Notes under the pieces: model-generated | The model's database searches: none | What the model saw: the letters and a program-made list of their open reading frames with translations, nothing else | What the model was told of the DNA's origin: nothing | Translations under genes and position numbers: made by a program | In this document: positions 9,423 through 21,607 of the stretch, piece by piece | How positions within the stretch are numbered: position 1 is the stretch's first letter | Layout: each line of letters starts with the position of its first letter | Source of the DNA: a virus | Virus record (IMG/VR): IMGVR_UViG_3300025664_000001 | Location: 6,652-70,651 of that record | Length of the DNA: 64,000 bases | Strand: one strand, 5' to 3'

Positions 9423-9722
9423 CTAGAACGGAATATCTTCAGCGAGCGGAACGGGGATTTCCGGCGGGCTCAACGCGAGCGGTGCGTGCCGCGCGTTCCA
9501 TCCCTGCCGATGCATGAACTCGTCGAGCACCGCTTCCAGCGTGTCGCCGGAAACGGCATTGGAAAAGTAAGTGTCGGCGGAAAGCTGATACGTGATCAGC
9601 ACTTCGCCATCTTGAACGCGACCGCCGGCACTGACGCGCAGATAAAACGCGCTGCCGATGTTCGCGGCCTTGAGCGTCTCCCTAACGAGCATTGTCTGCC
9701 GCTGAAACTCTTCGCCGTTCAT
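9423..9722 (-). CDS. hypothetical protein ending in SSB-like acidic tip (AEDIPF)
   Basis: C-terminal EDIPF. Confidence 0.6.
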   Translation of the reverse strand: MNGEEFQRQTMLVRETLKAANIGSAFYLRVSAGGRVQDGEVLITYQLSADTYFSNAVSGDTLEAVLDEFMHRQGWNARHAPLALSPPEIPVPLAEDIPF

Positions 9723-10009
9723 TTCGATTCCTCGATTTCTTGTCCACTGTCGAAGTAGTGCAGCACGTAGCTCTCACCGTCGAACGACAACGTTCCGATG
9801 TGATAGGAGAATTCGACCGGCACGGGTTTGCCAGTTTCAGCGGAGAACAATCGACGCAGCACGTTCGGCGCGTCAGGATTGCACTGCGCCCACAAGCAGA
9901 CTCCGCCAGCCTGCGAACCGATGTGCAGGATTTTCGCACCGCGTGGCATCAGCACGTGAACAACGCGATGGCCGCCAGCTAGGAGCGGAAATTTCCAGAC
10001 GGGGTTCAT
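9719..10009 (-). CDS. conserved phage protein (VWKFPL..MP.GAKIL..Q..LWA family)
   Basis: recognisable motif; ATGA overlap. Confidence 0.65.
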   Translation of the reverse strand: MNPVWKFPLLAGGHRVVHVLMPRGAKILHIGSQAGGVCLWAQCNPDAPNVLRRLFSAETGKPVPVEFSYHIGTLSFDGESYVLHYFDSGQEIEESK

Positions 10010-10290
10010 TGCGGCCAGCCGCGAATTTGCGGCGGCGGAACGACGGTGATATCGCCATCGCTGATCCCACCACAATCGACGCCGGCCGGGCCGCACGCTT
10101 CTTCGAACGCGGCCTCGTCGAGCGGGTGAATGATGGTGATGTTGGGATAATAGGAGCCGGGAATTTTCGAGGCGAGCGTGTAGCACGCCGCTTCGCTCGT
10201 CGCCGCACGCAACTCTTGATGCTCAGTCTGCCCCATGCCGAGGAATCCGGAACTGGTGAAGTAGAGCAGCATGCAGACGGTCGGCAACAT
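10006..10290 (-). CDS. hypothetical protein
   Basis: overlap chain. Confidence 0.5.
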   Translation of the reverse strand: MLPTVCMLLYFTSSGFLGMGQTEHQELRAATSEAACYTLASKIPGSYYPNITIIHPLDEAAFEEACGPAGVDCGGISDGDITVVPPPQIRGWPQ

Positions 10291-10493
10291 CAGCGTTTCA
10301 CCTTGCAATCGTAGTGATCGAACAGCTTGACCGTCTGACTGACGGCGTCGAACTCGGGAACAGTGCCACGTGAACTGCAACGCGGATTCAGTTTGAGCGC
10401 GTCTTGGCCGGCTTGATACGACAATGCATCGAATGCCATGCCGACAAACACGACCATGAGTATCACGGAGAAGACGAGCGAGATTCGGCTCAC
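10290..10493 (-). CDS. small membrane-anchored protein
   Basis: N-terminal TM. Confidence 0.55.
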   Translation of the reverse strand: MSRISLVFSVILMVVFVGMAFDALSYQAGQDALKLNPRCSSRGTVPEFDAVSQTVKLFDHYDCKVKR

Positions 10494-10732
10494 GACGGAC
10501 TCTCTTTGAAATCGACGAGGGCATCGGCCAAACGCTCTTCGGCAGTGGCGATGAACTTCTCGTCCTTGCGAAGACAGGCCCGTATCAGATCGCCTACGCA
10601 GCGCGCGGTTTCTAGCGCTTCGATGCGAACAATCTCTTCGGGTGTTCTAGCGGGCATCATCACGGTGTCCTACTCTTGGTTCTTGGGCCGGTCAACAGGA
10701 ATCTTAGACGCACGGTTAACGCGCATCCGTCG

Positions 10733-11101
10733 TCATTTCACCGGCAGACCAGTTGCAGGGTCGGTCATCACGTGCGCGGCGTGTTTTTCTTCGGCTTCTA
10801 TTCGAGCGGCTTGGACTTTCGCTTCGCGGGCCTTGGACCGAATCCAGAAGTTCATCAGCCTAGTATCGAGTTGAGAGCCGCGAAGTAAAAAGCGCCACTT
10901 GCCCGGAACCCAGTGGCCGTCAACATGACGGATGATTCCGCGCGTCACGCTCACATTGGCCGGGATATAGTAGTCGTCGCGCCACGTCAGGAATCGCACT
11001 TTCTCGGTCCTTGCCGGCGACACGTTTTCGGTCGCATCGGGAAGAACGAGGATGGGCTTTCCGTGGTAGTGGAAGGTCGCGTCGGACTTGGTCAGGGCCA
11101 T
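10733..11101 (-). CDS. first gene of leftward early operon, hypothetical
   Basis: directly downstream of a TTGACG -35 promoter-like sequence, possibly leaderless. Confidence 0.6.
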   Translation of the reverse strand: MALTKSDATFHYHGKPILVLPDATENVSPARTEKVRFLTWRDDYYIPANVSVTRGIIRHVDGHWVPGKWRFLLRGSQLDTRLMNFWIRSKAREAKVQAARIEAEEKHAAHVMTDPATGLPVK

Positions 11102-11160
11102 TTGGGAAGCGATAACATGTGAGGGGATACAGCGTCAAGGGTCTTGGTCCGAATTGTGAC

Positions 11161-11540
11161 GGCTTGTGCAGGTTGTGCAGCACTTGTGCAGCGCAAGGCT
11201 AGGAAAGCCGCGGCCTGCACAACCTGCACAAGCTGCACGAGTTGATCTTCAATTCGCTCATACTTGTATCGTATAACACATGTGCAGGAATATATGTGTT
11301 ACACTACACAACTCGTGCGAAATATGGAGATTCGGGCCGAGGTTGTGCAGTTGGCCTCCAACCCCTTACGGCTCTAGGTGCACAAGTGCTGCACAGGTGC
11401 TTTTTCTGGGTTGTGCAGCTTGTGCAGTGGATTTGACGCCCTTCCCGGACTGTCAGCGAACCTGCACTTCGGGTCGATACGAGCGCGTCGCAATGTGCTA
11501 TCTTTATGATCTGGTGCGCAGTGGACACAATGCACACCCA
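11161..11540. repeat. clustered inverted TGTGCA/TGCACA repeats around an AT-rich core; putative origin or packaging site
   Basis: about 12 copies in the non-coding divergence point; 17-nt perfect inverted repeat 11174-11190/11379-11395. Confidence 0.7.
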
Positions 11541-11751
11541 AGCCCTATACGAGCCCCCGGCCAAAGCCCGCGCACCTAACCCCGAGTTGCTAGTTTCTTG
11601 CTCCGCAACCGCTTGATATTTCGTCGAGCAAAGCAACGATCTGTTCACCGTAGGAACGGCCGAACTCCACCCTCGTCGCCGCCTGATCGCGTCCCATAAT
11701 ACACGTTATGCGACTAGAAATACCAGCCAGTTCAAAGGCTTAAGCATACAA

Positions 11752-12363
11752 ATGACTGAAAGAATGCACCCTGAAAGCATCCAGCATCGGCCGATATCCA
11801 GCGCACTGGCACTGGTCGAGATGCGGCGCGCTATACTGGCGCGCGTTGATGTGATCCAGAACTTCGTCGATGTGGCCAACGGGGTTATGCCTGCACGCTG
11901 GGCAGCGGTGCTAGATGTGCCCGGACGTAAAGACGAAGTAACAGGTAAGCTGATCAAGGGCATGCCGGCCAAGCTTGCTCTGGAGCACATACTGCGTGCG
12001 AACGAACTACTGCTCAAGCGCATACTGCCCGAGTATAGGCAGATCGAAGTCAGTAGCGATACTGGTGATAACGCTATGTCCTTTGATCAGGCTAAGGCGC
12101 TAATGGCAGCGACGCTGATCAGCGCAGTCAACAGCGCAGGCGGGCGCTACGTAGACGGCAAGCTGGTCATGCCCCCGGTGGAGCCGGGCCAAGAGACTGG
12201 GCTGATCATAGACGAGGCAGTGGTGGTTGAGCCTGACCCGGTAGCCGAGGCGCTCGTTAGCGTGGGAAGGCGGATCAGTGCCGACGATCTGGAATCGTTA
12301 GACCCCGTCTCGCCTTTGGACGCTGGGGTAGCCTCCCCGCAGGATTTTTCCCCGGCAAAATAA
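11752..12363 (+). CDS. putative terminase small subunit
   Basis: first rightward gene upstream of terL; assignment by position only. Confidence 0.4.
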   Translation: MTERMHPESIQHRPISSALALVEMRRAILARVDVIQNFVDVANGVMPARWAAVLDVPGRKDEVTGKLIKGMPAKLALEHILRANELLLKRILPEYRQIEVSSDTGDNAMSFDQAKALMAATLISAVNSAGGRYVDGKLVMPPVEPGQETGLIIDEAVVVEPDPVAEALVSVGRRISADDLESLDPVSPLDAGVASPQDFSPAK

Positions 12364-12388
12364 TCATTTCCAAACGGTAACAATCCAG

Positions 12389-12772
12389 ATGACGCTCGCC
12401 TCCGCCTTACGAAATTTTTTCCGGATTTTCCGGACCTCGGCCCCCGACCCCGAGACCTTCCTGCTTGAAGGCTGGGAAACTTCGATCTGCCGCGAGGCGC
12501 CGGTATCCTACCGGGACAAGTGTAAACGGCTCCGGCTCGACGGCCCGACCCCGTGCCTCTGTTGCGAGGGCGAGTGCGTCGGCGGGGACTGGCCGTTCCT
12601 AACTATCCCGTCTGTCAAAGACGCGAAAGTTGACGAAAGCTTCCGCGTGGACGGCTGGGATGACGAGCCCGTGGACTACAGCGTGGACGGCGAGCCGCGC
12701 TTCCCGATTGAAAAGCTCGACGAGCGCTTCCGCAGCGCTGAAGGCGCAGGACACGGAGACCCGACCCTATGA
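12389..12772 (+). CDS. hypothetical protein
   Basis: ORF in late operon; Cys cluster. Confidence 0.5.
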   Translation: MTLASALRNFFRIFRTSAPDPETFLLEGWETSICREAPVSYRDKCKRLRLDGPTPCLCCEGECVGGDWPFLTIPSVKDAKVDESFRVDGWDDEPVDYSVDGEPRFPIEKLDERFRSAEGAGHGDPTL

Positions 12773-12966
12773 AACTGTGTAAACGGCTTCGGTCGGTGAC
12801 GGCGCGATTCAGGCGCACCGACTATCTCTACTTCGGCCACTCGACGGTGATCGACGGGCGCCCGTACGACCGCGGCTTCACGCAGGGCTTTGGGCCGTTC
12901 ATGCTGCACGTTCACTGGAAATCGAAGAAGCTCGTCGAGGGAGATGCATCACTTGGACCCTCTTAA
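12769..12966 (+). CDS. hypothetical protein
   Basis: ATGA overlap, GGAG RBS. Confidence 0.5.
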   Translation: MKLCKRLRSVTARFRRTDYLYFGHSTVIDGRPYDRGFTQGFGPFMLHVHWKSKKLVEGDASLGPS

Positions 12967-14365
12967 CGACGCAGAATTCGTGCGCCTGCTCGCGCAGGCA
13001 AACGAAGCCGGCTTGCTCGACGAGATGCTGCGTTCGCATCCCGAGATTGCCCGCGTCATCGGCGCCGACTGGGCGCTGCTCCAGCGGCCGGACCAACGCA
13101 CCCCGCCCGGCGACTGGGTGACGTGGCTCATTCTGGCAGGACGCGGCGCCGGCAAGACGCGCACCGGAGCCGAGTGGATCAATGGGCTGGCGGCCACGGG
13201 CCTCTATCCGAGCATCGCGCTTGTTGCCGAGACCGCGGCCGACGTGCGCGACGTTATGATGGACGGCCCGAGCGGCATCATGCACACCGGCCACCCGGAT
13301 TCCCGGCCCAAGTACCGAACTTCCCGCCGCAAGGTCGAGTGGCCGAACGGCACGATTGCGCAGACTTACTCCGCCGACGACCCCGAGCAGCTTCGTGGTC
13401 CGCAGTTTCACGCGGCTTGGTCCGACGAGTTGGCGAAATGGCGCTACGCCGACGAGGCGTGGTCCAACTTGCAGTTTGGCCTTCGACTCGGGCAAAATCC
13501 GAGGCAGACTGTGACTACTACTCCGCGTCCGATGAAGCTCATTCGCGAGATGATCATTGAGTCGCGAAAGAAGCATCCCTCGGTCGTTCTCACCCGCGCT
13601 TCGACTAGCGCGAACATGGTCAACCTCGCGCCGTCGTTCCTGAAGACGGTCGTTGCGAAATACGTCGGCACTCGTCTCGGCCGGCAAGAACTGGAAGCCG
13701 AGATTCTCGACGACAACCCTTACGCGCTCTGGAAGCGGGACACGATAGACAAGTACCGCGTGCCGGGCGTGAATCGGGAACTGACGCGCATCGTCGTCTC
13801 GGTAGACCCGCCGACGACGAGCGGTGAAGACGCCGACGAGTGCGGCATCATCGTTGCCGGCTGCACGGCCGGGTTTGGGAACGACCGGCACTACTTCGTG
13901 CTGGACGACATGACGACGCAGGGCATGCGGCCGATGCGCGATAGTGTCGATGACGATTTGGGCTGGGCGGACATTGCGATCAATGCGTGGAAGCTTCACC
14001 ACGCCGATTGCATCGTCGCCGAAGTGAACAACGGCGGCGAGATGGTCACGCAGACTATCACCCGCGCTTCAGGCGGGACGGCGATTGCCGTTCGCTCCGT
14101 GCGTGCGACGCGCGGCAAAGTTACTCGGGCCGAACCTATCTCGGCACTCTACGCTCAGGGCAAGGTGCATCACGTCGGCACCTTCGCCAAGCTGGAGGAT
14201 CAGATGACAGAGTTTTCCAGCGACTTCGACAAGAAGACCGCCGGCTACTCCCCCGACCGCGTCGATGGCCTCGTCTGGGCACTGACGGAACTGTCGGGTA
14301 GCAACTGGGAAACGATTGATGACCGCGTCGGCGCAGTCGGCCCGCGGCAACAGGGTGAGGGATAG
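12944..14365 (+). CDS. terL: terminase large subunit
   Basis: Walker A GRGAGKT, LRGPQF, Walker B WSDE, TTTP, nuclease VSVDP...DRVD. Confidence 0.95.
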   Translation: MHHLDPLNDAEFVRLLAQANEAGLLDEMLRSHPEIARVIGADWALLQRPDQRTPPGDWVTWLILAGRGAGKTRTGAEWINGLAATGLYPSIALVAETAADVRDVMMDGPSGIMHTGHPDSRPKYRTSRRKVEWPNGTIAQTYSADDPEQLRGPQFHAAWSDELAKWRYADEAWSNLQFGLRLGQNPRQTVTTTPRPMKLIREMIIESRKKHPSVVLTRASTSANMVNLAPSFLKTVVAKYVGTRLGRQELEAEILDDNPYALWKRDTIDKYRVPGVNRELTRIVVSVDPPTTSGEDADECGIIVAGCTAGFGNDRHYFVLDDMTTQGMRPMRDSVDDDLGWADIAINAWKLHHADCIVAEVNNGGEMVTQTITRASGGTAIAVRSVRATRGKVTRAEPISALYAQGKVHHVGTFAKLEDQMTEFSSDFDKKTAGYSPDRVDGLVWALTELSGSNWETIDDRVGAVGPRQQGEG

Positions 14366-14366
14366 T

Positions 14367-15992
14367 ATGGCGAATCAACAGCCGCAAGGCTCGAACCCGC
14401 GTTCTCGGCTCGGCGCATTTCTCGCGAACACTTTCGGCCTCAACCGCTACAACACTCCGCCGACGCAAACCGCGGGCGTGTCCGGCATCGTCTCTGCCGG
14501 CGGCTTTCTCATGTCGCCCGAGCGCGACGAGCGCTTGATTGGCGACCGCAAGTGGAAGACCTTTGCCGACCTGATCAATGACCACTCGATTATCTCCGCG
14601 GGCGTGCGCTACTTTCAGGCAATCATCGCGAAGGCGGACTGGAAAGCCGAAGCGGTCAGCGATAAGCCGGACGCCGTGGCGGCGGCCGAGTTTGTTGACG
14701 AAGCGCTCGACCGGATGGCGACTTCGTGGAAGCGCATCGTGCGCCGCGCCGCGCTCTATCGGTTCTACGGCTACTCGTTGCAGGAGTGGACCGCGCAGAC
14801 GTGGGACGACGGGCGCATCGGCATCATGGACGTGGAGCTTCGTCCGCAGCGCACGATCCGCCGCTGGGACTTGGATATCGGCGGGACGGTGCAGGGCGTT
14901 GGCCAGTGGGCGCCGCAGACCGGCGTCGAGCTTTATATTCCGCGCTCGAAAATGCTCTACCTCGTCGATGACGCGCTGAGCGACGACCCGGAAGGTATCG
15001 GCCTGCTCCGTCACATCGTTGCGCCGGCCGCTCGGGCGTCGCGCTACCTGCAACTGGAAGGCTGGGGCTTCGAGACTGACTTGCGCGGCGTGCCGATTGG
15101 GCGCGCTCCGGTCCAGACCCTCAAGGACCAAGTCAAGGCCGGCACGATCACGCAGGCCGACATGGATTTGGAACTGCGCGACATGAAAGCTTTCCTTGAT
15201 CGGCACGTGAAAGACCCGAGCACCGGCTACATGCTCGACTCCGGCTCGTACCCGACCAAAGGCCCCGTCGCCGACAACCCGACGAGCTATCCGAAGTGGG
15301 GCTTCGAACTGATCAACGGCGGCTCGACCGCGTTCCAACAGATTGCCACGGCGCTCGACCGGCTCAATCACGAGATGGCGTGGGTGCTCGGCGTCGAGCA
15401 CGTGCTGCTCGGGCAGGACACCGGCTCGTTCGCGCTCGCCAAGTCGAAGACCACGAACCTCTATCAAGTCGCTGACTCTGTCCTTACGGAAATCGCGCAG
15501 TCGGCTTCGCGCGATATCATCGACAATCTCTGGGCGCTCAACGGCTTCGACGAAGACCTGAAGCCGGTGCTCGTCGCAGAGAGCGCGCAGTTCAAGGACG
15601 TGGCGCAAATGTCCGCGGTGCTGAAGGACATGGCCGCCGCGGGCGCTCTGCTCGCCCCGGGCGACCCGGCGGTCAACGTGATGCGCGGGCTGATCGGCCT
15701 GCCTGACGCGGACACTTCGGGCTCTGCGCTCGTGGACGCGGCGCTGTTGAACGCGGGTATCGACCCGGCCGACGTGGGCCTCGGGGTTCCCGTCGTGGCC
15801 AAGCCGGCCAAGACCCCGCCTCAGTCGCCCTCGGGCACCGGACTGCCGAACGAGAATAACCCGGCCGTGCCGGATAGTTCGCGCGGCGCGGCAACTCCGG
15901 GAGCGAAGAAGACGTTCTACGGATACGATTCAAAGCAGTCGCGCATGCAGCGCGCTATGCGCAAGGCGCTCAAGAAGGCAAAGGCGAAATAG
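14367..15992 (+). CDS. portal protein (DUF935-like)
   Basis: follows terL; YGYS..E, PEG.GLLR, GSFALA motifs. Confidence 0.85.
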   Translation: MANQQPQGSNPRSRLGAFLANTFGLNRYNTPPTQTAGVSGIVSAGGFLMSPERDERLIGDRKWKTFADLINDHSIISAGVRYFQAIIAKADWKAEAVSDKPDAVAAAEFVDEALDRMATSWKRIVRRAALYRFYGYSLQEWTAQTWDDGRIGIMDVELRPQRTIRRWDLDIGGTVQGVGQWAPQTGVELYIPRSKMLYLVDDALSDDPEGIGLLRHIVAPAARASRYLQLEGWGFETDLRGVPIGRAPVQTLKDQVKAGTITQADMDLELRDMKAFLDRHVKDPSTGYMLDSGSYPTKGPVADNPTSYPKWGFELINGGSTAFQQIATALDRLNHEMAWVLGVEHVLLGQDTGSFALAKSKTTNLYQVADSVLTEIAQSASRDIIDNLWALNGFDEDLKPVLVAESAQFKDVAQMSAVLKDMAAAGALLAPGDPAVNVMRGLIGLPDADTSGSALVDAALLNAGIDPADVGLGVPVVAKPAKTPPQSPSGTGLPNENNPAVPDSSRGAATPGAKKTFYGYDSKQSRMQRAMRKALKKAKAK

Positions 15993-15994
15993 TC

Positions 15995-16357
15995 ATGGCA
16001 AGCTGGGCTCGTCAGTTGAAAAATGCGCTCGACCTTACCCTCCCGGGAACGGGCACGGGTTCGTTCGAGCGGCAGGCAGTTTTGAAGTTGCTGCCCAAGA
16101 CCGTCACCGATCTGGTTGCGGCCAAGGTCTCGACTTCCTCGGCGTCGCTCACCTTCACTCCGTCAGTGGATGCGACCACGCATCAACAGCGAAAGAAGCT
16201 GCACAGCGTCAGCACGTGGGACGCAGCGGCCACGGTGCTGGAGGGCGCAACCCTCACCGGGCTGACGATTTCAGCGACGTACGATTTCCAAGTTCGTGGC
16301 GTCAACAGCTACGGAGTCAACGAGTGGTCGAACGTATCGACCGTTGCGTTGGCGTAA
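15995..16357 (+). CDS. fibronectin type III domain protein
   Basis: LTGL....YDFQVRGVN..G..WSN Fn3 signature. Confidence 0.7.
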   Translation: MASWARQLKNALDLTLPGTGTGSFERQAVLKLLPKTVTDLVAAKVSTSSASLTFTPSVDATTHQQRKKLHSVSTWDAAATVLEGATLTGLTISATYDFQVRGVNSYGVNEWSNVSTVALA

Positions 16358-16388
16358 TTCTCAAGAAGACAGAAAAGGAGTCTCTTCC

Positions 16389-16595
16389 ATGTCCTTCCTT
16401 ACCCCTCTGGTTATCGGCGCGTTTGCCGCTGGCGTTGCGGTTGATCGGTTCGGTGTTCCTGCCGTACTCAAGGCGATTGTCACCTTGTGGAACGATGCGA
16501 AGACCGAAGTCGCCGTTCTTACTGCCGCGAAGGTCGCCCCGGCGCCCGCGCCGGCAGTGGTTGTTGTCGAGCCGGCTGCTCCGGCCGCGAAGTAA
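16389..16595 (+). CDS. small hydrophobic protein
   Basis: AAGGAG RBS; TM-like N-terminus. Confidence 0.6.
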   Translation: MSFLTPLVIGAFAAGVAVDRFGVPAVLKAIVTLWNDAKTEVAVLTAAKVAPAPAPAVVVVEPAAPAAK

Positions 16596-16661
16596 AATCA
16601 ACCTGTAGCCTGATTCAGCAAACGCTGAATCAGCCTGTAGACTGAAAAAGGAACCTCGCCC

Positions 16662-17206
16662 GTGACTCTCATAGTTTGGCCGACTGCCGGCGCGAACAGC
16701 TACGTTTCCGTTGCGGATGCCAGCGCCTACTTCGCGCTGCGCATCAACTCGGGCGCGTGGGCTGTGAACGCCGGCATGCAAGAAGCTGCGCTGGCCACGG
16801 CGACTTCGCTTCTCGATACGTACGGCTGGGTTGGAACTCCGACCGACCCGGCGCAACCGCTCGGCTGGCCGCGAACCGGCGTCGGTGTCATCGACCCGTC
16901 CGTGCTCCCGCCCGCCGTCGTCAAGGCGGTGGAAGAGTTGGCGCTCGCGCTGATCAACACGCCTGCCCTCGCTGACCTGACCGGCACTGGGTCGAACATC
17001 TCGTCGCTCGCTGCCGGCTCGGCAAGGATCACGTACTTCGCGAAGATCACGGGCTCGATCTTCCCGCCGCTCGTGTGGCTCATTCTCACCGGGCTGACGC
17101 AGGGCTCCGGCTCTAGCATGGGCGGCACGCAAGTTTTTGGCGATGGTCGCAGTGTGTTCTCCGAAAGTCGCGACAACGGCGACTTCGGAATGAACAGGGG
17201 GTTCTA

Positions 17207-17207
<1 letters not shown>
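16662..17207 (+). CDS. head-tail adaptor (DnaT-like annotated family)
   Basis: ANSYVSVADA..YF, Q.L.WPR, P.V..A..ELAL. Confidence 0.8.
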
Positions 17208-19410
<2,203 letters not shown>

Positions 19411-19411
<1 letters not shown>

Positions 19412-20064
19412 TGACCGCCGCCGTCGTCAACACGAGCGTCTACGCAGACTCTACAGCGACCGCGTCTCAGGTTGTGACTTTGCCCGCGAGCATTGTTGCG
19501 GGAAATCTTTTGCTGATGTTTATAACGCTCGGCAGTGCCGGCGGCGGCTCAATCACGACTCCTTCCGGGTGGACGCAACTTGCGATCAACACCGTTAATT
19601 GGACCGGAGCGATACTTTATAAGACAGCGACCGGAAGCGAGGGCGCGAGCGTTACGATCACGACCACGATCAGAACAGCCGCAGCGGTTTGCTACCAGAT
19701 CAATGCGTGGGCAGGCACTCCGGCTGTTTCGGTGGCGAAAAATGCCTCGTCAGGAGCTTCAATAACTCCGAACGCTATAACCCCTTCATGGGGAAGTGCC
19801 AGCGATCTTTTCATTGAGGCCGTGATGGCGGGCGGAGACGAGGCGCCAATCTCGTCTTACTCGTCGGGCTATGGGAGCCCTGTTGCTTCCAACGCGGGGA
19901 ACTTTTGCCTAGCTGCCACCGCGATAAAATCTGCCACGGAAACCACGGAAACTCCGGGAGCAATCACGATGAAGTATTCGGAGGCATCCGTGGCGTGGGT
20001 TGTTGCCATCCAACCTTCGGCAGTGGCCGCTCGCGCGTACGACTTCTTCAAGCTCTTCTTCTAG
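19411..20064 (+). CDS. fibre tip / putative receptor-binding protein
   Basis: GNLLLMF...TPSGWT motif, Ser/Thr rich, TAATG coupling to the fibre gene. Confidence 0.6.
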
Positions 20065-20078
20065 GGAGTGTGTAAACG

Positions 20079-20456
20079 ATGCCTATGATTTTCGGAGTAG
20101 ACATTGCCGGCATTCTCGCGACGCAGATGGGTCCGCTCTTGCTGCCGGCGACGCTGCGCGTCTTCTCGACCGCTCAGACGCGCGTCGATGGCGACCTGAC
20201 GGCGGGCACCGTGAAGATCGCGACCGTGAGCACCGCGGCGCGCGGGTTCGTAGAAACCTACGACACGAAAGATCAGGGCGCCGGAAGCATCGTGCAAGTC
20301 GGCGACCGCAAGATCAGCTTGCTCGGTGCCACGCTTGGCGGAATGATTCCCGTGCCCGGCGACGAAATCGATATTGAGGGCGACACCTACACCGTCGTCG
20401 ATGTGCAACGTGACCCCGCCGCGGCGATGTTCACGTGCCAAAGCCGGAGGGCGTAA
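20079..20456 (+). CDS. head closure / head-tail joining protein
   Basis: GDRKI..L, P.PGD.I, DPA.A.F.CQ.R. Confidence 0.75.
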   Translation: MPMIFGVDIAGILATQMGPLLLPATLRVFSTAQTRVDGDLTAGTVKIATVSTAARGFVETYDTKDQGAGSIVQVGDRKISLLGATLGGMIPVPGDEIDIEGDTYTVVDVQRDPAAAMFTCQSRRA

Positions 20457-20782
20457 TGTCCAGTCTCGACCCGATTGAACTGAAGGCATGCAAGAACTTC
20501 GTGGACGTGTGGCGAGCCGGCCCCGGCGGCTACACGATTGACGCCGAGTCGAAAGACCTGATCGTCTTCATCCCTTACGCTGGGGTGACGAAGTTCAACA
20601 CATCTCGACCCGACGAGAATCCCTATTGGCGGATGACCCGAGACTATGGTAAGGTTACTCTTGACCATGCCATCAAGCTCGTGTTAGCACCGATCAGGTG
20701 GCAGGGTCGTGCGCTCCCCGAGCGGGAGCTTTTCCATGGCCGTATTGCTGACGGCAAACTCGTACCCGAACCGAAGGGATAA
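20456..20782 (+). CDS. hypothetical protein
   Basis: TAATG coupling. Confidence 0.55.
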   Translation: MSSLDPIELKACKNFVDVWRAGPGGYTIDAESKDLIVFIPYAGVTKFNTSRPDENPYWRMTRDYGKVTLDHAIKLVLAPIRWQGRALPERELFHGRIADGKLVPEPKG

Positions 20783-20790
20783 AAATCCAA

Positions 20791-21600
20791 ATGAGAGGAA
20801 TTCTCGCGGCAGTCTTCGGGCTGTTCATCGCACTTGCACTACCGGCTAACGCGGCCGACCTGACAAAGTTCCATGATCAGATGCTCTCGCCGTCCGTCTT
20901 CATCACGATGGGCGACGTGGGCAGTTGCTCGGGCGAAATCATTTACTCGAACCGTGATCAGGACACCGGCGACGTTTCGACGTACATTCTCACGGCGAAG
21001 CACTGCGTCGCGGACCTTGGCGTGAACGACCTGAAGATCAGCGTGCCGACGTACGATGGCAACCTGATCGAAACGGGTGCGGCTGTTTATCGCGCAACCG
21101 TGGACGAGTCTTCGTGGAAGCACGATGTTGCTATCCTGATCTTGGACGACAAGAAAACGAAGTTCGACCATGTGGCGCTTATCGCCGCACCGGATGCCGT
21201 TCTCGTCGAGGGCGAGGACTCGTGGACTGTCGGCTACCCGCTTGCCACTTCGCGCACGATCACGAAGGGCTTGATTGGCTCACAGACTTTTGAGGACGCC
21301 AGCTTTCTTCCGGGCTCGTCCGCAAAGCTCGCGCCTTTCGTTCGTGGCACGTCACAGTCTGCCCCCGGCACGTCCGGCGGTGGTCTCTATCATCAGGCCG
21401 CGAGCGGCGACTATGAGCTAGTCGGCACTGCGTCTGGAGCTTACAACGGCCACGACTTCGTCGCGCTCTACACCGGCTTCAGGGATATCGACGATTTCCT
21501 GAATTCGCAAGAGACCGTCATGTTCAAGGCGTTGTTCCCGAACTACAAAGACCCGAAAGCGAAGAAGTCGGACCCCGGCTCGTACTACGGTTCGCACTAA
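20791..21600 (+). CDS. trypsin-like serine protease with signal peptide
   Basis: TAKHC (His), DVAIL (Asp), GTSGGG (Ser); N-terminal signal ending ANA. Confidence 0.85.
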   Translation: MRGILAAVFGLFIALALPANAADLTKFHDQMLSPSVFITMGDVGSCSGEIIYSNRDQDTGDVSTYILTAKHCVADLGVNDLKISVPTYDGNLIETGAAVYRATVDESSWKHDVAILILDDKKTKFDHVALIAAPDAVLVEGEDSWTVGYPLATSRTITKGLIGSQTFEDASFLPGSSAKLAPFVRGTSQSAPGTSGGGLYHQAASGDYELVGTASGAYNGHDFVALYTGFRDIDDFLNSQETVMFKALFPNYKDPKAKKSDPGSYYGSH

Positions 21601-21607
21601 GGGATCG

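Noticed and set aside
11242-11648. Cys-rich ORFs in the switch region
   Set aside because: Artefacts of the TGTGCA repeats; no RBS and atypical codon usage
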